DNA of 58,048 nt, filler included, from Bipalium vagum (lineage: Eukaryota), in assembly GCA_037834085.1 (NCBI GenBank). It is 3 parts of 3 records of this genome, joined end to end, with 100 filler letters (N's around TTAATTAATTAA, not from the genome) between each part and the next. Parts side by side here need not be neighbours in the genome. Positions count along the whole stretch, not along the records: positions 40,873 to 58,048 come from JBBMKC010075926.1; 2 more parts are not named here. One strand, 5' to 3'. Positions 50,204-58,048 of this stretch are shown here, in pieces. Under the pieces are notes generated by a model. The model was not told where the DNA came from. It searched no databases and saw nothing but the letters and a program-made list of their open reading frames with translations. How positions within the stretch are numbered: the stretch's first letter is position 1; each line of letters starts with the position of its first letter. A program made the position numbers and the translations under genes.

Positions 50204-51251
50204 CTACACAATGGCAGAACCTTTTTCTGGTACTGTATTGAGCTCAGTTGGAGCAGAAGGCCTGCTTTTTCTCAGGGATCCATTGGGAATCATTAGAGGT
50301 GGATCATCAGCTGGTAATTTCTTCATATATTTTTCATTGAAGATGGACCACAGATGACAAATAACCTCTGCAGTGATAATGTCACCAGCATTCAAAGACA
50401 TCATCCTCAAAAGAAACACTCCATCACGACGAAGAAAACATTTGGTAAAAGTGTCAACCAATTTTCCATGGCCGGTGTCGGAAATTGTAATTTTTTCATT
50501 TAAAAACAAAAATTTCCTGATGAAAGAACTGTTCTGTTTCATAACACAAATTTTTCTGAGCCATTGCACCAAACTCAACACATTTACAATACTACAAAAA
50601 AGGATCCAGTGCCAAAGAAAAATGTATATTTTCTCGTTTAACATGTTTATGGGCAGAACGCACTGAGCCATGACAGCGTTGGTTTTCGTTCCCAAATGTC
50701 TGATTTTGGCATAACAGAATGCCACTCGGGGAAAAATGAGAGTGACCTGCCAATCTTTTCCGTTGATTAAATTGTTCAATACTTTAATTCCAAAGAATGA
50801 AAAACTGTCAAAGCCCAAAAATCGTTTCATCAAAAACAGCTGACCGACTGCATTTGCAATGTATAGTAGCTTCATAATGAAATATCCAAGAACAACGAAA
50901 TAACCCATACGTCTGAGAGCTATACAGAGTGAGCAATTATTATAAAGGTGTTGGACGAAGCTTTTTCTTTTAGAATTTTTGTCAGAATGCTAAAGGTTTA
51001 CTTTCATGAATTGGAAAGCTAATTGAAATTATTTAAGACCTGAACTATCATTTGTTCCAGAGTTCTGGCTAGATAAGAAGTCATCCTTTCTCTTGTTTCT
51101 TCATTAGAATGCACGGCCTGGTTAGCACCATCTATCATGTGCTGGATATCGGTTCCTGCTTGATTGTGGCAAAACACAGTCCAGATTATTCGAGGAATGT
51201 GGAATAGAATGCACTGAAGAGCAAGCACAAAAGGGACCCATTGATAATACA
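50204..51251 (-). CDS. Innexin (gap-junction protein), last two exons; 5' exons not found in the window
   Basis: Exon 51251-51040 (acceptor gatag, YYQWVPFVLALQ...MIVQ), a 50-nt phase-0 intron at 51039-50990, then exon 50989-50204 with NAVGQLFLM..FLG, FPRVAFC, QCVLPINMLNEKIYIFLW and FLRRDGVFLLRM. Confidence 0.95.
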
Positions 51252-53715
51252 CTATCGTCAATAGATATTCATGTATTATGTAATTAATCATTGTAAGAAA
51301 TATAATAATAATAATAATAATAATAATAAATTGCTAAATAAAACCATTGGTTAACATTTTTGATTGAAAGATTGTTTTGAAATTTAATTTTGAAATTGGT
51401 TTTTGTTCACCAAAAAATTTTAAGTACCTTTGGTCATGTTTGAAGTCGTTTTTGGAAAAGTAAGGATCTTTAGAAGTAAGTCATTTCTACGTCACATGTT
51501 TCCTAGTAACTGGTCACTTTTAATCATTATTAATAAATCAATGTAGTTTTCAGGAACAGTAGCGCCTATTAAATACTGTATCTAATCTTTTAATCTCCTT
51601 ATTCTCTATATATCACCTGTCTTCTCAAACCGAAAATGAACCCTAACTTTTTCTATTTATGTTTTGATAAAAAGTTTTCATCACTTTTCTCATCTTGCTC
51701 AAAAGTTTGTTTTTTATTTATTTATCATGTTGTAATAGACTTGTGACAGGAAAAAATAATAGACCCAAGGTAAACCTTAACATGTACTAGGGGTTGAATC
51801 AAATGTGGAATTGAACCGGAGTCAGTATAGAATTAAATGATTGAAAGAAAAGTAAGAAAATATAACTAATTGCTGGTGATGGAGTGACCATGTTAACAAG
51901 AAAAGACATTTTTATGAAATAAATAATAAGTTAATGCAGAAGAATTTAGAGTGAATATGAATAATTTTGATAATATTTATGAAATGAGATTTGCATATCA
52001 TTATTAATAAAAGATCGACAATCTGAGATTAACATATTCAACTGGAGAAAATAAAAATTAATAGATTTTCCTGATTAATTTTAAAATATTATTAAAAAAA
52101 GTTTTTAATAAAACAGAGGTTGAAATTCGGTTTGGCCTTCTTTTGTTTAAACGGGAAATTTAGAATTTTTAATAAGTTTTTAAAAAAATTTGTTAATGAG
52201 AATGTTTTATAGTTCTCTTCATGGCTACAATTATTGATTTTAACAAAGATTACAATTTATTTAGAATTTCTAAGGTCATGAATACGGTTTGTAAAATACA
52301 AACTTGTAATACGAAAGATGTAGCATGATTGGAAAATATTAAAATTGTTATTATTATCAAAATTTGACTATATATGGTTTGAAAACCTTTCGTTCAATTA
52401 CATAGTTGATTGAAAAAATATGGAACATATCTTCCTTTTTTGGATATGATGGAGTCATTATATTTTTGATATCAAATATATTTTATTCACATTTTAAACA
52501 CAAAATTTGTAACAATCAATAATCAGATTCCTGAAGAAGGCTGTTACCTTGTAAATAAATTATTTAAATAAAAATTAAGAACTTAAGTAATATTATAATA
52601 TAAAAATTGAAAGATTATTTTATTTCAAGTTTAAAATAATTATAATTAGTCCATTAAAACAAAATGAGGTCTAACCCAATTTAATCCCAGCCAGAATTTG
52701 ATAAAATATCTTAATTAAAAATGATACTATCATTTAATTGATTAAAATGTATAAAATCAAATATTAATGACTGAAGACTGGTAAAGTTCGAAAGACATAT
52801 CATAATAATGAATGTTTAAACTGATTTTGTTGTCAAATGACAAACATTATGTACTTGAAAATAAATTGATTTGGTTCACAATAGTAATTTTTAAAAATAC
52901 ACTATTTACTAAGTGTCAGGATTATAAACGGGCATTTTGGTGGTACATGTTTCGCATGCAGTTTTATTAAATAATGAACAGAAAAATGAACAATAAAAAA
53001 TGGCAGAAAATATTTGGCTTATTTATATTCAAGTATTTTACAGAACTTATGGACACATTTGTAAAACTTGAAACGGGAACCTAACAAATCAATTGAAATA
53101 AAATAAATTTAAATTTAAAAAATCTTAATTTGCTTCTTAAAAGTTTTTTAATATTGAATCTTTTGAATAAAATTTTTAAAAAATGTAAGAACATCTTTCA
53201 AGAAGTCTACAACAATACAGCAAAAAATTAAGAAAATTGTCAAGGTCATTTTTTTGTAAAAGTTCATGTAAATAAATATGAAAATCTTTGAAAAACAAGT
53301 CTTGATTTCTTTGTAAGGTAATTTTGAGATATTTTTATAGAAATAATAATTCAAAAATAACAGTTGCAAGGTTATTATTTGAAAATAAAAATAAAGTACA
53401 TTTGTTCTTGAATAAAAACCTAATCAATATTCTGCATGATAGAAGTTATTAATATTCAACACAAACGTTTTTTCCTGTAAAATTTTAAATAATCCATTAA
53501 ATTAAAATTTTCATTTATTTTTCTTTTATTCATTATTAATAGTTTGTTTTAATCGTCTTAGTGGAAAAGTATTTTATTAATAAAAATTTTTTTATTATTA
53601 ATATTTTTAACTATTATAATAATTTAAATATATTTTTTATAATTTTAAAATATTTTTTAAAAGGTGAATAATAAAATTTAATGTATCACCTTTTCTGTGC
53701 GATAAAACAACAATA

Positions 53716-53850
53716 TGACTGTGAGATAAATTGAAAATTAGTCTGGGGATGTAGCTCAGCGGTCAGAGCAGTGCATGCGCATGTGAATCTCCGGTTAATT
53801 TTCACTAACAATGACTAATATCCTCGGTATCTTAGTACGCCTTGAATCTT
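53716..53850 (+). mobile_element. tRNA(Ala-like)-derived SINE-like repeat (internally deleted copy)
   Basis: A 29-nt leader is followed by GGGGATGTAGCTCAGCGGTCAGAGCA (tRNA 5' half, A-box). It matches the copy at 32640-32970 and has no complete cloverleaf. Confidence 0.65.
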
Positions 53851-55472
53851 TTTACTATCGAATTAAATTCAAATTACAAGTTGAATTACAATGCAGATAA
53901 CCGTCACGAATTCTCCAGTCAATCCAATGTCAATATTATTATGATTCTCTATACTTGGAACACCATTCGGCAGTCCATTAGATGAACAATATTGTTATTG
54001 TGATAATTTAATGATATTTATTCAATTTAGAAGACAACCAATTTTCATTTTGGAAACGGGCTGAAGATAGGAAATGCTTGTTACTTTGGAAAGTCTTTGT
54101 CTTCAGTAAGTTCTTGACTTGATTTACGATTTTTTGTATTATGTTTTTAATGGAAGCTAAATTAAAACCCTCCAAAGTTTGCCAAAAAGATTTGCAAGGC
54201 TTATGGCAATCAAATTTCCAGATGTGTTCTTAATTACCGATAAAACTATTAAAAAAAGTCTCGCCTTCTTGAAACTCTTGAATAGTAATTGTTGTACAAT
54301 TAAAGATATGTTGCACAAGGTCAATGAAGTTTAAAAACATTTTAGGTGACTCGACAAGAATTTATCAACATTCAGAAACAAAGATCATTTGATCAAGCTA
54401 TTGTATTTATTAAATATTTAGGAGCTTTTGTGATAAACCAAACAAAATTTTCAGCGAGTGTTTCCTCCTTAAGTATATTTTCAGGTAAAAATGATGTCAA
54501 GTTTCTCTATTTCTTAAAACTTGAAAAGATTATAAAATAGAACTAATTATATATTATTACTATTATTATATATTGATAAAAATGTTTTTCTGTCTATCCA
54601 AAATCATTGATATTATTAATAATAATATTTTATAAATCAATAAAAATGTGACCTCCACAAGGTCTGGAAGTATATAGCTCTATATTATTTAATATTCGAT
54701 TTTATCGAAAGGATTTCTACGGGGTATTAATAAATTATAATAATAATTAATTATTAATTTTTATTATAATATTTTTATTATTATAAATACGATCGCATAT
54801 TATTAAAATTTAAAAGAAATTTGATAATATATAAAATATATATTTTATATATATATACATATATTTTATTTATTTATAAATATTTTAATGAAAATGAATA
54901 ATGTTAAAGAATATTTTAAGAATTTTTTCTTTTAAAAATCTCCTAAGACTGAAAATGAGTCTTAACATACTCTCCTAATTTTTTAAAGCAAAATATGAAA
55001 ATTTTGAAAGAAAAATGTGACTCCACTTCTACACCTGTCCAGAATGGTTGAATTGAAAAATTTTCCCATTTCCAGAAGTCCATTAAAATATTTGTTTGAA
55101 CAGGTTAGCAAATAAACCAAACGTTCTGTTAACGTTATAAAAACAAAAATACTCAGAAATAACTTTGTCCTCCAATAAGGTGGTATTTGTATTATTCATT
55201 CTTCCAAAACCAACTGACAAGAAGTGTTCCTATTTATTTTCTAGAGTTACTTTCTTGAACTTTAACATTTTCTGGACATTCTTATGACTTTTGCTGATAA
55301 AATCTTAGGACAACATGAATGTATATTTATTTAGTGTAAAAGAAATTATGGTGTTTATGTTGTACGAATATTGTTTTATATAAATCAATTAGTAAATATT
55401 GAATATTACATCAATTGGTAACGTTAACTTTTGTATGTTTAGTAATGTTAAATTTATTTATCTTACATTTTT

Positions 55473-56705
55473 TCAGGTTTATGCATTGAAAGTGAGCCTT
55501 TATTTTACAATATTGTATCTTTATTTAATAAGTAATATAAATATTAAGTAAATAAAAAACGAAAAAGATAATTTAGTAAAAATAGTTTCTATCATTAATA
55601 ATACCTTTCCACATTTTTCAGAAAGCTAATGAATTCTTAGATAAAAAAAATCGGAATCTTTGATAACTGTCCAACCAGTGAACCAGTTTTCAGCTTCCTC
55701 GAAGGATTGGAAGTGCTTCTCGGAAAGTGAGTGTGCCATCGACATAAATAGATGGTAGTCAGAAGGGGCGCAGTCTGGTGAATAACCTGCATGTGATAGC
55801 ACTTCCCATTAAAGCAACTCTAACGTTTTCTGGACTCGTTTGTTGACGTGGCCGGGCGTTGCCATGCAGCAAAATTACTTTGTGCTGCCTTTTCTCATAT
55901 TTTGGTCTTTTTTCGCGAAATGTTGGGTCAGGTGTATTAATTGTTTTCGGTACAACTGTCCTGTAACTGTTTCACCTTGCTTTATCACCTCATGATGGAT
56001 CATATCCCCTTGGTCCCACTAGTTGCTCAGGAGAGCCTTTTCCCCATGAATATTCTTTTTGGGTGTTGCTTTGAAGGGCTGTCCGGGATCGCAATTTTTT
56101 TCTGCTTTTTTTGTCGAGCAATCAAAATTTCACTTGTGACTACGTTTTTCCATGTCGTTCATCTTGAGGTCGTGTGGTACGCATCTTACTACTTGTATGC
56201 CTTTCCAATGGCCTTTAGACGTCGACTAATTAAAGATTGAGAAGCATTTAATGATTTAGGTAGATCAGTTTGAGTTTGGCACAAATCTTTAGTCAACAAT
56301 GCTTCCAGATCTTGATCTTCAAACTCTTCTGCTTGTCCTTGGCGCTATTTATCTTCCACCATAAATTCGTTCTTTCGAAAACGTGAAAACCATCTTTTGC
56401 AAGCGATTATTGATAAATCATTGTCCTCATAAGCCTCGACAAAGATTCTGTGAGTTTCTGATACAGATTTTTAATAACAAAATGAAATAAGATTACTTTT
56501 CACAAATATTGCTTATTTTGTATATAAACTGTAATCTAAAAAGGATAAAAATAAGATATAGTTAAAGATATCAGAATGTATTTTTATAGATTATTTTTGA
56601 ACAATGTATAAACAATATATATATTCAAATAGTGATTTAAACAAATGAATAAATTTTCTTTTTATAGATATTTAAAAAAGGCTCACTTTCAATGTTTATA
56701 CCTAA
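55473..56705 (-). mobile_element. Near full-length decayed mariner, mauritiana (Mos1)-like
   Basis: TIRs TCAGGTTTATGCATTGAAAGTGAGCC and rc TTAGGTATAAACATTGAAAGTGAGCC. Minus strand LLHGNARP and LSHAGYSPDCAPSDYHLFMSMAHSLSEKHF (cf. Mos1 LPHAAYSPDLAPSDYHLFASMGHALAEQRF). Confidence 0.9.
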
Positions 56706-56829
56706 TTAATTAAATTTAAGCTCTAAAAATCATTACATGCCAAAAAGGTAAATTTGCTGATTTTTTGATCGAGTTCAAATTGGAAGCTGAAACTACTCAG
56801 AAAATGTATTATTAATAGTTTTATACCAA

Positions 56830-57988
56830 TAATAAGCGTACAGTGCTATGTTGATCAACACACAAAATCAGCTTTCTATGTAACTACATACTATTTCCAG
56901 GCACTTTGTCCATCGATTTAAAAATGAAAATGACCAGTTTTAAAGAAAGAAAGATTTTTTCCTTGAAAAGATCTTGTACGAATCTTATTTTTCTTCCTTG
57001 TACTCTATTTATGTTCTCGTAAACAAGAAGAAATCACTAGGAGAGAGGTGGTGGGTGTGAAACTAGTACGAAGTCTATTAGGGATTACATCCATAGTTAG
57101 ATAAGTTGTGTGAGCTGCAGAGTTCTGATGTAAATGATGAAGCACTTGATTCTTTAGTTTCCATAGTAACTTTCTTACAGAACTAAAAAGTTTGCAGTAG
57201 TAGGTTGAGTAGATAATCTCAGGAGTAAAGTCAGTCTTTATCACACATTTTGCATACAAAAACACACTAACCATGAAACATGCCCTATAAGATATCTATG
57301 AACGAGGCGTTTCCGGTGGTCTTTTCTTCTGGAAAACCCTATTTACAAGAATCACACCAGTTGTATGGAACATATGGACTCGATCGTGTTTCATCCTCCT
57401 TTATAATATTATGTTAAAGAGCATGGTCAGATTTTCTTGGCACACTTCTATTCGCTTTTCTCATATATCCGCTGTCAACAAACATGGAGGAATCTACTGC
57501 ATAATTTTCTGATTCCAAACGCTCTTCAGCATATTTTATACGGTCTTCTTGATTAAATTAACTCTAATAGACAGCTCTGTCTGGGTAATTCGTCTGTCTT
57601 CACAATTATTTCTTATTCACAATTATTTCTTATTTTTTATTTATTTCACAATTATTTTTATTTTTAATTTTTTGAATTTTGTTCCTGCGAGAAGAAACTC
57701 TCTGAACCAACAATAAATAATAGTCTTTTATGGAACTTCATTTCCATATGCTTCTTGCATCTGAAAAAATGACCCTCTTTTTTGTCCTCCTCAAAAATGA
57801 AAAACGGATAATTCTTTGAAATTCATCTTACTGGTCCCTTTTTATAAGAAAGCGCCGCAAATAATTTATTTCCGGTCATTGTTTAAAACAAATTCAATAA
57901 TATTTGCTTATATACTTTTTATGTAGAAAATCTCATTGACTTCCTAATTTTCTGAGCAAGTCTAATGACTTTTTATGCACACCACATA
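56830..57988 (-). mobile_element. Decayed mariner (irritans-like)
   Basis: Minus strand NIIKEDET (cf. ITGDETW), MVSVF and LHQNSAAHT (cf. HHDNAPAH). A TIR-like end ..GACTTTTTATGCACACCACA lies at ~57986. Left boundary approximate. Confidence 0.75.
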
Positions 57989-58048
57989 TAAAAAATAATA
58001 AATAATGATTAGTAAAGGGTTTGGGTGGAAAATTGTATAATTTATAAT

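Noticed and set aside
51770-51830. Minus-strand B-box GGTTCAATTCC as a tRNA gene
   Set aside because: No A-box or cloverleaf; at most a SINE remnant.
53745-53820. tRNA-Ala gene
   Set aside because: Only the 5' half is tRNA-like, with no T-arm or acceptor pairing. A second diverged copy shows it is a repeat.
1-58048. CRISPR array, rRNA or prokaryotic defence system
   Set aside because: No repeat-spacer periodicity, rRNA-like sequence or operon structure; the DNA is spliceosomal-intron eukaryotic.

Overview
Very AT-rich eukaryotic DNA, most likely a freshwater planarian or related flatworm. This is an inference from 44-53 nt introns, (ATT)n microsatellites, a flatworm-style innexin and many mariner relics. 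Two identical 100-bp spacers (44 N + TTAATTAATTAA + 44 N, at 21193 and 40773) are artificial joins, so the window is effectively three contigs. Host genes: an intronless pseudouridine-5'-phosphate glycosidase/pseudouridine kinase fusion (2116-4209, -), a probable SLAIN-like exon (18400-18955, +), an orphan internal exon (23742-23906, +), a complete 5-exon divergent tetraspanin (45831-46772, +) and the last two exons of an innexin (50204-51251, -). Most of the rest is decayed transposable elements: mariner, Tc1, DD37E, Merlin, hAT, MITEs, NeSL/Utopia-like, RTE-like and Penelope-like retroelements, a tRNA-derived SINE and solo-LTR-like sequences. The most striking unexplained signals are a three-hairpin module conserved with compensatory changes between two diverged solo LTRs (43134-43222 and 48212-48298, with a possible third copy at ~37665-37745), a hairpin array upstream of the LTR TATA box, a SINE with a conserved 5' leader, and a motif-dense enhancer-like island (31480-32280). 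I cannot demonstrate a new biological system from sequence alone. All alignments, translations and foldings were done by eye.
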